DNA of 61,008 bases, the filler included. It is 4 parts of 4 records of this genome, joined end to end, with 100 filler letters (N's around TTAATTAATTAA, not from the genome) between each part and the next. Parts side by side here need not be neighbours in the genome. Positions count along the whole stretch, not along the records: positions 27,828 to 38,520 come from DRR723986_8126; positions 38,621 to 47,739 come from DRR723986_8131; 2 more parts are not named here. The stretch is one strand, 5' to 3'. Positions within the stretch are counted from its first letter, which is position 1, and each line of letters opens with the position of its first letter. Shown here piece by piece: positions 30,548-41,842 of this stretch. The notes below the pieces were generated by a model, which saw only the letters and a program-made list of their open reading frames with translations, ran no database searches and was not told the DNA's origin. A program made the position numbers and the translations under genes.

Positions 30548-32776
30548 CTATTCCGATACCCGCACTGCGGATATCACGTTGTTGAGCCGGTTCATCCGCT
30601 CCAGCAGTTTGGAGAGCGAACCGAGATTGGGTACTTCGACCCGCAAGCGCATTGTCGCGGTATGGGATTTCTTATTGCTCTGGGTATGAATCGCGAGCAC
30701 ATTGATCCGCGCATTGGCAAACAACTCGGTGATGTCCCGCAGCAGACCCTGTCGGTCGTAGGCCTCAATGGCCAGATCAACCTCGTAGTGGTCACTGGGC
30801 GAGGTACCCCAGTCGACCTCGATAATCCGCTCGGGAGCCGACTCCTGCAGATTGACCAGGCGACCGCAGTCGGCACGATGAATACTTACCCCCCGGCCCT
30901 GGGTTATGAAGCCGCGAATGGCATCGCCGGGGAGCGGACGGCAGCAGCCGGCCATGTGCGTCAGCAGGTTGCCAACGCCCTGCACCTGCACCTGGCCGCG
31001 TGACGCCGAACCGCCGGTGCGCGCCAGCCGCAACTGCGGCTCCGGTCGCTTACCTACCAGCCCCTGGGCCGCGTCGAGCACTTGCGCGGACGACAGGTCA
31101 CCGGAACCTACCGCCGCGTACATATCCTCCACGGTACCCATCTGCACCTTGGCTGCGACCCGCTTGTAATCGACACTGGTCAAGGCCAGACGCCGAAACT
31201 CCCGCTCAAGCAGGTGCCGGCCCGCGTCGATATTCTTTTCCCGGGCCTGGGCCTTGAACCAGTGCTGGACCTTTGCCCGGGCCCTGGACGTGCGCAGGTA
31301 GCCAAGCCCGGACTGCAGCCAATCCCGCTTGGGTTCGCCTTGCTTACTGGTCAACACCTCAACCCTGTCACCCGTCTTCAGGGCATGGGTCAACGGGACA
31401 ATTACCCCGTTAACCTTCGCCCCGCGACAGCGATGACCGATCTCGGTATGCACGTGATAGGCAAAATCCAGCGGTGTCGCATCGCGGGCCAGATTCACCA
31501 CGTCGCCCTGAGGGGTAAACACGTAAACCCGGTCCTGCGCGACATCGAAGCTTAGCTGCTCGGCGATATCCTGAACGTCGCCTGTTTCCTCATGCCAATC
31601 CAACACCTGGCGCAACCAGGCAATTTTCTCCTCATAGGTACTGGCCATCGCGCCCTGGGCATCGGACCCCTTATAGCGCCAGTGGGCGCAGACACCAAGC
31701 TCCGACTCTTCGTGCATCTGCCGGGTGCGAATCTGGACTTCCAGCACCTTGCCTTCCGGGCCGATAACCGCGGTGTGTAGTGAGCGATAACCGTTTTCCT
31801 TGGGATTGGCGATATAGTCATCGAACTCATTCGGGATGTTCCGCCACAGGCCATGCACCAGGCCCAGGGTGGCGTAACAGTCCTTGATTTCCGGCACCAG
31901 AATCCTCACAGCGCGAATATCGTAGACCTGGGAGAACCCGATACCCTTGCGCTGCATTTTGCGCCAGATGCTATAGATATGTTTGGCCCGGCCGGTGATC
32001 TCAAATTCGAGCCCGGCCGCGCCGAGGGCCCGGGTCAGTTCCTCCCGCACCCGGCCAATGAACTGGTCCCGCTCCAGCCGCTTGCCATCAAGCAGTCGGG
32101 CTATTTTTCGATAGGCGTCTGAATAGAGGTAGCGAAAGGATAAATCCTCAAGCTCCCACTTGAGATGACCGATACCAAGCCGGTGCGCCAGGGGCGCGTA
32201 CACGTCAAAAACCTCCTGGGCGACCCTCTGACGCCGGGTGGAGTCATTCTTGACCGCCCTGATCGCGCAGGTGCGTTCCGCCAGCTTGATCAGGGCCACA
32301 CGCACGTCATCCACCATGGCGATCAGCATCTTGCGGATATTGTCTTTCTGTCCGTGTGCCTGGCCCAGGACCGGCGCTTCCACCGGGTTCTTCAGGTCGC
32401 TGATCGCGGCCATCCGCAGCACCCCGGCGAGCAGGTGCGCCACTTCGTGGCCGAACTGCACCTCGACCGTATCCAGGCTCACCCGCTGCTCGCGAACCGC
32501 CCGGTAGAGAATGCTGGCGACCAGGCAGCCCGTACCCACATGCAGGTCAGCGAGAATCTGCGCGGTTTCGAGACCGGCCAGGAAACAGTTGCTCTCCCGC
32601 GCCCAGTCGCCAGGATCAACCCCGGCGTTATCCAGGGCATCGTGGGCAAGCTGGGCGGCGGCGAGCAGGGATTCGACCTCTGCCGGTTCCGGAGCGACGG
32701 GCAGCCGGGCGAGCCAGCGATCCAGGTCGATATCACCGGCGGCGTCGAGATAGAGCTCTTCCCTCACCCGAACCAT
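30548..32776 (-). CDS. relA: GTP diphosphokinase RelA
   Basis: Degenerate HD domain (ILYRAV), APLAHRLG, EFDD, YRSLHT, EVQIRT, TGS, CCRPLPGD, ACT. Confidence 0.97.
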   Translation of the reverse strand: MVRVREELYLDAAGDIDLDRWLARLPVAPEPAEVESLLAAAQLAHDALDNAGVDPGDWARESNCFLAGLETAQILADLHVGTGCLVASILYRAVREQRVSLDTVEVQFGHEVAHLLAGVLRMAAISDLKNPVEAPVLGQAHGQKDNIRKMLIAMVDDVRVALIKLAERTCAIRAVKNDSTRRQRVAQEVFDVYAPLAHRLGIGHLKWELEDLSFRYLYSDAYRKIARLLDGKRLERDQFIGRVREELTRALGAAGLEFEITGRAKHIYSIWRKMQRKGIGFSQVYDIRAVRILVPEIKDCYATLGLVHGLWRNIPNEFDDYIANPKENGYRSLHTAVIGPEGKVLEVQIRTRQMHEESELGVCAHWRYKGSDAQGAMASTYEEKIAWLRQVLDWHEETGDVQDIAEQLSFDVAQDRVYVFTPQGDVVNLARDATPLDFAYHVHTEIGHRCRGAKVNGVIVPLTHALKTGDRVEVLTSKQGEPKRDWLQSGLGYLRTSRARAKVQHWFKAQAREKNIDAGRHLLEREFRRLALTSVDYKRVAAKVQMGTVEDMYAAVGSGDLSSAQVLDAAQGLVGKRPEPQLRLARTGGSASRGQVQVQGVGNLLTHMAGCCRPLPGDAIRGFITQGRGVSIHRADCGRLVNLQESAPERIIEVDWGTSPSDHYEVDLAIEAYDRQGLLRDITELFANARINVLAIHTQSNKKSHTATMRLRVEVPNLGSLSKLLERMNRLNNVISAVRVSE

Positions 32777-32787
32777 ACTGATTCCGC

Positions 32788-33687
32788 TTAATCCGGCGCG
32801 GAGAAAACGCCGGTAGACAGGTAACGATCACCCCGGTCACAGATAATCGCAACAATCGTCGCATTCTCTACCTCGCGCGATATCTTCAGCGCTGCCGCCA
32901 CTGAGCCGCCGGACGACACTCCGCAGAAGATGCCCTCCTCGGCCGCCAGCCGACGCATCATCTGCTCTGACTCCTGCTGGGAAATATCCATCACCCGGTC
33001 GACCCGGCTGGCATCAAAGATGCTGGGCAGGTACTCCCTGGGCCAGCGTCGGATACCCGGGATCATGGACCCTTCCACCGGCTGCAAGCCAACGATCTGG
33101 ATCTCGGGATTCTGCTGCTTGAGGTAGGCGGAACAACCCATGATGGTTCCGGTAGTCCCCATGGAACTGACGAAGTGCGTCACCTCACCATCGGTCTGGC
33201 GCCAGATTTCAGGCCCGGTGCCGCGCAGGTGCGCCAGCGGATTGTCCGGATTGGCGAACTGGTCCAGCACCCGACCCTCACCCTGCGCCTGCATGTGCAT
33301 CGCGAGATCGCGCGCGCCTTCCATGCCCTGCTCCTGACTGACCTCGATCAGCTCCGCGCCGTAGGCGGACATGGCCAGTTTGCGCTCCTCGCTCATATGC
33401 GAGGGCATGATGAGAACCAGCCGGTACCCACGGATCGCCGCAGCCATCGCCAGGGCAATACCCGTGTTACCGCTGGTGGCTTCGATCAGCGTGTCTCCGG
33501 GCGTGATATCACCGCGTGCTTCAGCTTCCGCAATCATGCTCAGCGCCGGCCGATCCTTTACTGAGCCGGCGGGATTATTACCCTCGAGCTTGGCCAGTAC
33601 GCGGTTACTGGTGTCACCGGGCAGGCGTTGCAGACGCACCAAGGGGGTGTCGCCAATACAGGATTCAATAGTTGGATATTCAGGCAT
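32788..33687 (-). CDS. cysM: Cysteine synthase B
   Basis: KLEGNNPAGSVKDR, EATSGNTG, MGTTGT, IPGIRRWP, CDRGDRYLS. Confidence 0.96.
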   Translation of the reverse strand: MPEYPTIESCIGDTPLVRLQRLPGDTSNRVLAKLEGNNPAGSVKDRPALSMIAEAEARGDITPGDTLIEATSGNTGIALAMAAAIRGYRLVLIMPSHMSEERKLAMSAYGAELIEVSQEQGMEGARDLAMHMQAQGEGRVLDQFANPDNPLAHLRGTGPEIWRQTDGEVTHFVSSMGTTGTIMGCSAYLKQQNPEIQIVGLQPVEGSMIPGIRRWPREYLPSIFDASRVDRVMDISQQESEQMMRRLAAEEGIFCGVSSGGSVAAALKISREVENATIVAIICDRGDRYLSTGVFSAPD

Positions 33688-33755
33688 AGATCGCTACCGG
33701 GGGTCGCGCCAGAGTATATCGGTTTTTCGTCGCACTCGCAGTCCGGGCGGGCGGC

Positions 33756-34142
33756 TCAGGACGCTTCGCCCCGGCAAAGAACCGCGAAGGCCACTACGTA
33801 GGCATCCTCGTCAGACAAGCTGAGCAACACCTTGCCGCCCCCGAGCCGTTCGGCTACTGCCCTGGCGCCACCGCTGAGCGTCACCAGCGGTGCGCCGTTG
33901 GGATCGTGGTGCACCAGGATATCCTGCCAACTCACACCGCGGCCAATGCCGGTTCCGAGGGTCTTGGCGACAGCCTCCTTGGCCGCGAATCGCTTGGCCA
34001 GCAGGCGCACGGGCTGCGCGGAGGCGCCATATTCGGCGAACTCAACCGCGGTAAGGATACGTTGCACAAACTTTGTGCCCTGGCGCTGGACCACGGCCTC
34101 GATACGCTCAACCTTCACAATGTCGGTACCGACCGCAATCAT
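33756..34142 (-). CDS. acpS: Holo-ACP synthase
   Basis: GTDIV, KRFAAKEAVAK, GAP, SLSDE. Confidence 0.95.
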   Translation of the reverse strand: MIAVGTDIVKVERIEAVVQRQGTKFVQRILTAVEFAEYGASAQPVRLLAKRFAAKEAVAKTLGTGIGRGVSWQDILVHHDPNGAPLVTLSGGARAVAERLGGGKVLLSLSDEDAYVVAFAVLCRGEAS

Positions 34143-34894
34143 CCGCTCGCTTCCTGATCCGAGGCCCGGGACTCCAAGGGATTCGTGGCGGCGCGTGGAA
34201 ACAGGTTGCGACTGAGCAGCGGCCGGTCGCCAAGCTGCGCCGCCAGGGCGAGCCGCAACAGACGCTTGGCTGTCCTGCCCGGGGAGCCGCTGAAATCGCC
34301 GCGGGCCATGGCCAGCAAATCTTCACCGAGGAACAAGGGTTGCTCGGCGCGCCTTGGTCCCGGGTTGGCGACCAGGCCCCGCTCAGTCTCGTAGCGGTAC
34401 CAGCTCGCCGCTTCCAGCGGCCGGCCGTACTCCGCATCGGTGGCCAGATCAAAGCTATAACCCAATTCCTCAAGTAGCTGCAGCTCGAAACAGCGCAGCG
34501 CCGCCTCAGGCGCCTGGTCCGCCGCCAGGGCGCTGAGTGTATCGCCGTAGCGGGCGAATAGAGCCGGATGCGCATCGTGCCGGTGCAGCAGGCGCACCAG
34601 CAATTCATTGAGATACAGGCCACTGAACATGGCTTCCCCGCGCAGGGCGTAGGGAGCGCCGGCAATTTCTGCTGCGGTAAGGGTTTTCATTTCTGCGCGC
34701 CCGCTGAATGAAACCAACAGCGGAACAAAGGGCTGCACGACCGCGCCGACACTGCCACCGCGGGCCCGGCGCCGAACGCCGCGGGCCACAAGGCTGAGGC
34801 GGCCGTGCTCAGCGGTAAGCAGTTCAACAATCTGGCTGCTGTCGCGATAAGGTCGACGGTGGAGCAGATAGGCCGGCTGCAACGCAATTCTCAT
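34139..34894 (-). CDS. recO: DNA repair protein RecO
   Basis: AYLLHRRPYRDSS, GLYLNELL, FELQLLEELGY, PLLSR. Confidence 0.95.
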   Translation of the reverse strand: MRIALQPAYLLHRRPYRDSSQIVELLTAEHGRLSLVARGVRRRARGGSVGAVVQPFVPLLVSFSGRAEMKTLTAAEIAGAPYALRGEAMFSGLYLNELLVRLLHRHDAHPALFARYGDTLSALAADQAPEAALRCFELQLLEELGYSFDLATDAEYGRPLEAASWYRYETERGLVANPGPRRAEQPLFLGEDLLAMARGDFSGSPGRTAKRLLRLALAAQLGDRPLLSRNLFPRAATNPLESRASDQEASG

Positions 34895-34918
34895 TAGCGC
34901 ATCGTCACCGTCAACAGT

Positions 34919-35821
34919 CTAGCGGTCATCATAACCGAGGCTGCGCAGGGCCCGTTCATCGTCAGACCAGCCAGAGCGCACCTTGACCCACAGGCGCAGC
35001 ATAACCTTGCTGTCGAACAGTTTCTCCATATCCACCCGGGCCTCGGTACCGATGCTGCGCAGGCGGGAACCCTTCTCACCGATCAAGATCTTCTTCTGGC
35101 CCTTGCGCTCCACCAGGATAAGCGCCGAGATATGCAAAACCCCGTCCTGCTCCGCGAAGGCCTCTATCTCAACCGCTACCGAGTACGGTAACTCGTCACC
35201 CAGTTGCCGCATGATTTTTTCCCGCACGATCTCCGCCGCCAGGAAACGCTGGCTGCGATCAGTCACCTGCTCCTCGGGGAAAAAATGCTCAGCGCTGGGC
35301 AGCTGGCTAACGACCAGGCTCTCCAGCTTCTCAATATTGTGTCTGCGCAGGGCCGAGGCGGGCACGATTGACAGGAAATCCGCCTGCTCGGCAAGGAACT
35401 GGAGGTGCGGCAGCAGGGCTTGCTTGTCCTCGAGCAGGTCGACTTTGTTCACCACCAGAATCACCGGTCGACCCGACTGCTGGATGCGCTCCAGCACCAG
35501 CCGGTCTTCCTCGGTCCAGGCCGTGCGATCAACCACAAACAGCACCAGATCGACGTCACTAATGGCACTGCTGGCAGCGCGATTCATGAAGCGGTTGATG
35601 GCCTTTTCCGCCGCCTGGTGCAGCCCCGGCGTATCGACGAAGATAATCTGGTAGTCGCCCTCGGTCTTGATCCCCAACACCTGGTGCCGGGTGGTCTGGG
35701 GCTTGCGCGAGGTGATACTGATTTTCTGGCCAAGCAGGTGATTGAGCAGGGTGGACTTACCCACGTTGGGCCGGCCCACGATCGCCACATAGCCGCAGCG
35801 GCGCGCGTCAGCCGGGTTCAT
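34919..35821 (-). CDS. era: GTPase Era
   Basis: [23 protein letters not shown] domain; start set at ATG 35821, overlapping rnc. Confidence 0.97.
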   Translation of the reverse strand: MNPADARRCGYVAIVGRPNVGKSTLLNHLLGQKISITSRKPQTTRHQVLGIKTEGDYQIIFVDTPGLHQAAEKAINRFMNRAASSAISDVDLVLFVVDRTAWTEEDRLVLERIQQSGRPVILVVNKVDLLEDKQALLPHLQFLAEQADFLSIVPASALRRHNIEKLESLVVSQLPSAEHFFPEEQVTDRSQRFLAAEIVREKIMRQLGDELPYSVAVEIEAFAEQDGVLHISALILVERKGQKKILIGEKGSRLRSIGTEARVDMEKLFDSKVMLRLWVKVRSGWSDDERALRSLGYDDR

Positions 35822-36488
35822 GGGACAACTTTTCCAGCGCCGTTCTGGCCGCGGCCTGCTCGGCCTTGCGGCGACTGACGCCTTCACCCTCGGTACTCAA
35901 GCCGGCCGACTTGATGCTGCAGGCAACCCGGAACAGCTGGTCGTGATCTTCACCGCTGACATCCAGCAACGCATACTTGGGCAAGGGCTGGCCACGCCCC
36001 TGGAGGTATTCCTGCAAGCGGGTCTTGGCGTCCTTGCGGTCGGCCTGCTCCGTCAGGTCCTCAAGCCGGGCACCGTACCAGGACAGCAGGCAGGGACGGC
36101 AGGCATCCAGGCCGCCGTCGAGCAGGATCGCCCCGGCAATTGCTTCCAGCGCATCGGCAAGAATGGAGTCGCGGCGATGGCCACCGCTCTTACGCTCGCC
36201 CGGGCCAAGGGAGAGATAGCTGCCGAGCTCCAGCTCACGGGCTATATCAGCCAGGGTATCGCCCTTGACCAGCGAGGCACGCATCCGGCTGAGACTGCCC
36301 TCGCGCACTGCGGGGAAGCGGTCGAAAAGCGCCTCGGCGACAATATGGTTTACGATTGAGTCGCCGAGAAACTCCAGGCGCTCATTGTTGCGTTTTCCGA
36401 CGCTGCGGTGGGTCAGTGCCAGTTCGAGCAGCGTCGGATCCTGAAACTGATACCCCAGCGCTCGCTGCAGCCGCTCGAGCTTGCTCAT
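35808..36488 (-). CDS. rnc: Ribonuclease III
   Basis: [10 protein letters not shown] signature, ILADALEA, ds[12 protein letters not shown]...AEQAAA. Confidence 0.98.
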   Translation of the reverse strand: MSKLERLQRALGYQFQDPTLLELALTHRSVGKRNNERLEFLGDSIVNHIVAEALFDRFPAVREGSLSRMRASLVKGDTLADIARELELGSYLSLGPGERKSGGHRRDSILADALEAIAGAILLDGGLDACRPCLLSWYGARLEDLTEQADRKDAKTRLQEYLQGRGQPLPKYALLDVSGEDHDQLFRVACSIKSAGLSTEGEGVSRRKAEQAAARTALEKLSHEPG

Positions 36489-36494
36489 GCCCCG

Positions 36495-36881
36495 TCAGTT
36501 GCCTGACTTCTGGCCCGCCTGGAACTCGAGATCGTCGAAGTTCATCACCGCGTCGATACGACCCATCACAGGAATACGAACCTCATAGCGCGCGTCGATA
36601 TAGGTCTTGCCATCCTTGCGGAAGACCTCGATTTCGCGGGGCTGGATGCCGTACACCTGGTTCGTATTGAGCAGGTTGGCAAGTTTTCGCCGGATATCGG
36701 CAATCGTGTCCTGCTCCGAGTCGAACTCGGTGGCAACCTTGGTGACGATTTCCTTCACCGTAAGGTATTCGAAATAGCTCGGCACCATGCGTATGGCGCA
36801 CATGACAAAGAATCCCACCATGATCGCTATGGCAAGCATGCCGGGTATGGACATACCCGCCTGACGCTTCCGCATATTCAT
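36495..36881 (-). CDS. DUF4845-type protein with prepilin-like N-terminus
   Basis: RQAG|MS plus hydrophobic helix; usual lepB-rnc position. Confidence 0.8.
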   Translation of the reverse strand: MNMRKRQAGMSIPGMLAIAIMVGFFVMCAIRMVPSYFEYLTVKEIVTKVATEFDSEQDTIADIRRKLANLLNTNQVYGIQPREIEVFRKDGKTYIDARYEVRIPVMGRIDAVMNFDDLEFQAGQKSGN

Positions 36882-36908
36882 CCCTGTATCCCCATGTAGC
36901 CCTTGTGG

Positions 36909-37748
36909 TTATTCTATCGAGCCGACGCGGCTGAAGCTCGGGATACTGAACAGCGAATCCCAGTGCATCCAGATTGCGAAAGCCTTGCCTACTATATCCT
37001 TTTCCGGCACCTGACCCCAAATTCTGCTGTCGCTGCTGTTATCCCGGTTATCGCCCATCATAAAGTAATGCCCGGGCTTAACCACCACCGAAAAATCCCT
37101 TGGCGGACGGGCCTGGTCCACCTGGGCGAGATGAGCAGCCTCCCCCAGGGATTCGAGTCCTACCTCGAAACGGGAACGCCCCTCGGGCACTACCGCCAAC
37201 CACTCCGTGGCCACGGGCTCGCCATTGATCGCCAGCTGCTTGTTGCGGTAACTCACGGTATCGCCGGGCAAGCCGATTACCCGCTTAATGTAGTAGGTAT
37301 CGTTCATGTGAGGCGGGAAAAACACCATCACATCGCCCCGCTCCGGCTCATTCAGTTCCAGCACCCGGGTGCGGATTACCGGCAGGCGGATGCCATAAGT
37401 GTATTTGTTAACCAGGATGTAATCGCCGACCTGGAGCGTCGGCACCATTGATGATGACGGGATCTGGAAGGGCTCGACAATGAACGAGCGCAGCACGAAC
37501 ACCACAAACAGTACCGGGAAAAAGGACCTGGCATACTCCACCAGCACCGGCTCCCGGGCACTGGCGAGAACCTGGGCATTGAAGGTTTCGGCCTGGCTGC
37601 TGCCTTCGCGCTCCCAGTCCGGGTACTGGCCCTGCAGTTCGAGGATGCGCTGCCGGCGACCGCGGGCGAGAAACAGGGTGTCCCCGAGCCAGATCAGGCC
37701 ACTGCCAAATACCAGTATTACCAGAATGAGGGGGAAATCCAGGGTCAT
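36909..37748 (-). CDS. lepB: Signal peptidase I
   Basis: EPFQIPSSSMVPTL (Ser), YIKRVIGLPGD (Lys), GDNRDNSSDSR. Confidence 0.97.
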   Translation of the reverse strand: MTLDFPLILVILVFGSGLIWLGDTLFLARGRRQRILELQGQYPDWEREGSSQAETFNAQVLASAREPVLVEYARSFFPVLFVVFVLRSFIVEPFQIPSSSMVPTLQVGDYILVNKYTYGIRLPVIRTRVLELNEPERGDVMVFFPPHMNDTYYIKRVIGLPGDTVSYRNKQLAINGEPVATEWLAVVPEGRSRFEVGLESLGEAAHLAQVDQARPPRDFSVVVKPGHYFMMGDNRDNSSDSRIWGQVPEKDIVGKAFAIWMHWDSLFSIPSFSRVGSIE

Positions 37749-37760
37749 AGGTTACTCTCG

Positions 37761-38520
37761 TCAGCCATCAACTTTCAGCACGGCGAGAAAAGCGGACTGG
37801 GGTATCTCGACCCGGCCCACCTGCTTCATCCGCTTCTTGCCGGCTTTCTGTTTCTCCAGCAGTTTCTTCTTGCGGGTCACATCACCCCCGTAACACTTGG
37901 CGGTCACGTTCTTGCGCAGCGCTTTCACCGTCTGCCGGGCAACGATCTTGCCACCGACAGCCGACTGAATGGCCACGTCAAACATCTGCCGGGGGATCAG
38001 TTCCTTCATTTTTTCGGTCAACACGCGGCCGCGGTACTGCACCTGGTCACGATGAACAATAATCGCCAGTGCATCAACCCGCTCGCCGTTGATCAACACG
38101 TCGAGTCGCGCAAGGCTCGCCGGCTCAAAGCGCTCGAAGCTGTAGTCCAGGGAGGCATATCCCCGGCTTACCGATTTCAGCCGGTCGAAGAAATCCAGCA
38201 CCACTTCTGCCATCGGAATATCGTAGGTAAGCGACACCTGGGCGCCGAGGAACTGCATATCCCGCTGGGTGCCGCGCTTCTCGACACACAGCGATATCAC
38301 GTTGCCCAGATAATCCTGGGGAACGAGGATGTTGCAGCGGGCAATGGGCTCACGCATCTCCTCGATATCGCCCACGTCAGGCAGGGCCGAGGGATTGTCC
38401 ACCCGGATGACTTCGCCGCTTTTCTTGACCACTTCGTAGATCACCGTCGGCGCCGTGGTGATCAGGTCGAGGTCGTACTCCCGCTCCAGACGCTCCTGGA
38501 TGATCTCCATGTGCAGCATG
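37761..38520 (-). CDS. lepA: Elongation factor 4 (LepA), 5'-truncated
   Basis: [45 protein letters not shown]. Confidence 0.97.
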
Positions 38521-38620
38521 NNNNNNNNNNNNNNNNNNNNNNNNNNNNNNNNNNNNNNNNNNNNTTAATTAATTAANNNNNNNNNNNNNNNNNNNNNNNN
38601 NNNNNNNNNNNNNNNNNNNN
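38521..38620. other. Artificial contig spacer
   Basis: 44 N + TTAATTAATTAA + 44 N. Confidence 0.99.
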
Positions 38621-38659
38621 ATTGCGCCAGCGGCGCTGGTTCAGGGGGGACAGAGCCAT
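38621..38659 (-). CDS. yejE: Peptide ABC permease YejE, first 13 codons only
   Basis: [16 protein letters not shown] overlapping the yejB TGA; not in the ORF track. Confidence 0.75.
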
Positions 38660-39750
38660 CAGCCTTCCCTCCGCTCAAAATCAATGCGTGGATCGACCAG
38701 CACATACATCAAGTCCGACAGGATACCGACCAGCAGCCCAATCAACCCAAAGATAAACAACGATCCGAACACAATCGGATAATCCCGCGCCACCGTCGCC
38801 TCGAACGCAAGACGGCCAAGCCCATCAAGGCTAAAGATCGTCTCAATGATCAGAGAACTTCCAAAGAAAACCCCGATGAACACCGCCGGAAACCCCGCGA
38901 TCACAATCAACATCGCATTGCGGAACACATGCCCGTAAAGCACCTTGCTTTCGCTCAGGCCCTTGGCCCGCGCCGTCATGACATAGTGTTTCTTGATCTC
39001 GTCGAGAAAGCTGTTCTTGGTCAGCAGCGTCAACGTGGCAAAGGCGCTGATGGTAGATGCCAGCACTGGCAAGGTGATGTGCCAGAAATAATCGCCAATC
39101 TTGCCCAGCAGACTAAGCTGATCAAAATTGTCTGAGGTCAGGCCGCGCAATGGGAAGATTTGCCAATACGATCCGCCAGCAAACAGCACCAGCAGCAGGA
39201 TCGCGAACAGAAATCCGGGGATTGCATAGGCCGCGATGATCGCGCCGGACGTCCAAGTGTCAAACCGGCTGCCGTCGCGTATGGCTTTGCGGATGCCCAG
39301 CGGGATCGAGATCATATAAGCAATGAGCGTAGACCATAGGCCCAGAGTGATCGACACCGGCAGCTTTTCCTTGATCAGGTCAATCACACTGATGGACCGG
39401 AAATAGCTCTCTCCGAAATCGAAGCGCATGTAGTTCCACATCATATTGATGAAGCGTTCGACGGGCGGTTTATCGAAACCGAACTCTTTTTCCAGTTCGG
39501 CAATAAATTCCGGCGGCAGACCGCGCGCGCCCACATAGGTGCTGTCGGAGGCATTATCTATCGGATCGGCACCAGCGTCGGAGTTTGATCCGGCAAACCC
39601 GCCAAACACATCACCGCCGCCCTGCGCACGGGCAATGGCCTGTTCAACCGGACCGCCCGGCACAAACTGCGCCAGAGTAAAGTTGATCAGCATGATCCCC
39701 AGCAAGGTCGGGATGATCAAAAGCAACCGTCGAAGAATATATGCGCCCAT
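38659..39750 (-). CDS. yejB: Peptide/microcin C ABC permease YejB
   Basis: [40 protein letters not shown]. Confidence 0.93.
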   Translation of the reverse strand: MGAYILRRLLLIIPTLLGIMLINFTLAQFVPGGPVEQAIARAQGGGDVFGGFAGSNSDAGADPIDNASDSTYVGARGLPPEFIAELEKEFGFDKPPVERFINMMWNYMRFDFGESYFRSISVIDLIKEKLPVSITLGLWSTLIAYMISIPLGIRKAIRDGSRFDTWTSGAIIAAYAIPGFLFAILLLVLFAGGSYWQIFPLRGLTSDNFDQLSLLGKIGDYFWHITLPVLASTISAFATLTLLTKNSFLDEIKKHYVMTARAKGLSESKVLYGHVFRNAMLIVIAGFPAVFIGVFFGSSLIIETIFSLDGLGRLAFEATVARDYPIVFGSLFIFGLIGLLVGILSDLMYVLVDPRIDFERREG

Positions 39751-39759
39751 GGCTGCGGC

Positions 39760-41697
39760 TTACCTCAATGCACCAGAGGTACGCAATGCAGCGGCTTTTT
39801 CCGGGTTGTACCACCAAAAATCGAGGTAACCCAAACCATAGGCAGGGATTTCTTCTGGATGTTCATACTGGTCGTAATAGGCCACCCAATGACTGTCGTT
39901 GTACCAGACCGGGATCATAATCAATTCGTGCCGCAATGCGCGATCAATCGCCATGACGGCTGCGGTTTCTTCCTCGCGGGTTTGGGCCGCCAGCGACACC
40001 TCGATCAATTTATCCACCAGTTCGCTGGCCACGCCAGCCGGGTTGAACAGGGAATAGCTTGCCGCCTCAGAGCCGAAATACTGCGCCAGCCCCGTCCCAG
40101 TGCCAAGAAACGCAGGGTAGTTTTCATAAATAAGGTCATAATCACGATCCCGCCGACGTGCGGTGAATTGCGAGCTATCGACTTTCTCCAGTTTGGCGTC
40201 GATGCCAAAGGCCTGAAGGTTGGACACAAAATTTTCGATCACGGCTGTGATGGTGGCGGAACTGGCAGAGTTGAACAGGAAGTTGAGCGACAGCGGCTCA
40301 CCTTGCGCGTTGACCCGTTTGCCATCCTTTACCGTCCATCCCGCCTCTTCCAGCAGCTTGCCCGCCCGGCGGGCGTTGCGCCGGTCAAACAAACGGTCCG
40401 CTTTCGAGCTATGCGGCAAACGCACCTCTTCGCTTAGCATCTCTGGCGGAACCAGATCACCGAGCTCTTGAAGCAATGCCAGCTCGGCCCCCTCGGGCGT
40501 CCCCTTGGCCATCAGCGGCGTGTCCTGCGTGAAAGAGGCGCGTTGTTTGAACAACCCGTATTGCAGCGATTCATTGGTCCATTCAAAGTTGAACGCCAAT
40601 GAGACCGCTTCACGCACGCGTTTGTCGCGCAAATTGTCGCTTGCCAGATTGAAAACGATCCCCGTAGAGGCTGGCGGCTGCCCGTCTGGCAGCTCTTTCT
40701 TGACCACCTGCCCGCGCTCGACTTTGGGGAAATCATAGCCCGCCGCCCATTTCTTGGAATCAGATTCACGGCGGAATGTGTATTCGCCCGCCTTGAATGC
40801 CTCAAACGACGCGGTGTCATCGCTGAAGATCTCAAGGCGGATGGTGTCAAAATTGTTTCGGCCCTGATTGATCGGCAGGTCTTTGCCCCAATAGTCTGGG
40901 TTCCGCTCCAGCACGATCCGGCGGGTCAGATCCACGTCCTTGATCACATAGGGGCCAGAGCCGGGCGGCGATGTAAGCCAGGAATCCTTGAGGCCAACAC
41001 CATTCTTCTCCATCCATTCCTTTGGCCATGCCGGCACGCCGCCGACCTGCTCGATCAGACTGCGGCGCGAGATACCGTCGGCAAAGTAGAATTTGATGGT
41101 GTGGTCGTCGATCACCTCAACCTTGGGAATGCGTTTGCGCACGGCATCCGCATAAGACTTTAGCCCCTCATCAAGCAGCAGATTGTGGGAAAACGCGATG
41201 TCATGCGCTGTCACGGGCGCGCCATCGGAAAACCGCGCTTCGGGCCGCATGCGGAAAATGACCCATGATTTGTCTTCGGGATATTCCACGGTTTCGCAGA
41301 GCAAGCAGTAGGCTTCGGAGTATTGATCGGCAGGCAAACCATCCGAGGGCGCTTCGCCCAACAGGCTTTCATAGCCAAAGATGGAGAACAGATGCGCCCG
41401 ACCTTTGCCGGAATAGGGGTTCATCGAATCCAGCGATCCGACAAAGGCAATTGCCAATTCGCCACCCTTGGGCGCGTCTGGGTTCACATAGTCAAAATGC
41501 GGATAGTCCGCCGGATAAGACAGATCGCCATAAAAGGAATAGCCATGGCTGACGGTGGTATCTGCATCCTGCGCCCGGACCGCCCCGGCCATGATGACCC
41601 CAACCCCAAGTGACAACAGCGCAGTCCAGTTCATCCAGCTTTTTATGGGCAGGGTTCGGGCGGCGGTGCGGGTCTTGGGTCTGGTCATCAGGCGCAT
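39760..41697 (-). CDS. yejA: ABC substrate-binding protein (family 5) YejA
   Basis: Signal peptide; HFDYVNPDAPKGG, GSGPY, FNFEWTN, FWW. Confidence 0.9.
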   Translation of the reverse strand: MRLMTRPKTRTAARTLPIKSWMNWTALLSLGVGVIMAGAVRAQDADTTVSHGYSFYGDLSYPADYPHFDYVNPDAPKGGELAIAFVGSLDSMNPYSGKGRAHLFSIFGYESLLGEAPSDGLPADQYSEAYCLLCETVEYPEDKSWVIFRMRPEARFSDGAPVTAHDIAFSHNLLLDEGLKSYADAVRKRIPKVEVIDDHTIKFYFADGISRRSLIEQVGGVPAWPKEWMEKNGVGLKDSWLTSPPGSGPYVIKDVDLTRRIVLERNPDYWGKDLPINQGRNNFDTIRLEIFSDDTASFEAFKAGEYTFRRESDSKKWAAGYDFPKVERGQVVKKELPDGQPPASTGIVFNLASDNLRDKRVREAVSLAFNFEWTNESLQYGLFKQRASFTQDTPLMAKGTPEGAELALLQELGDLVPPEMLSEEVRLPHSSKADRLFDRRNARRAGKLLEEAGWTVKDGKRVNAQGEPLSLNFLFNSASSATITAVIENFVSNLQAFGIDAKLEKVDSSQFTARRRDRDYDLIYENYPAFLGTGTGLAQYFGSEAASYSLFNPAGVASELVDKLIEVSLAAQTREEETAAVMAIDRALRHELIMIPVWYNDSHWVAYYDQYEHPEEIPAYGLGYLDFWWYNPEKAAALRTSGALR

Positions 41698-41794
41698 CCT
41701 CTTGATCGCAAATCACGTTTGTCGCTTGATGTAAGCTAAAGTGCGGCCATGCCAAGATACAAGTTGCGATTATGTGATTGGCTGCTCCTCGCAC

Positions 41795-41820
41795 AAAAAA
41801 GGCCGCCCAATGGGCGGCCT
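41795..41820 (-). terminator. Intrinsic terminator after cytochrome c
   Basis: AGGCCGCCC-AAT-GGGCGGCCT with a T6 run on the minus strand. Confidence 0.8.
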
Positions 41821-41842
41821 CTCGTCCCTCAAAGGGATCAAA

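Noticed and set aside
29733-32776. mazG plus relA as a possible anti-phage or toxin-antitoxin module
   Set aside because: Full-length housekeeping RelA and two-domain MazG in their usual arrangement; no mazEF or defence genes
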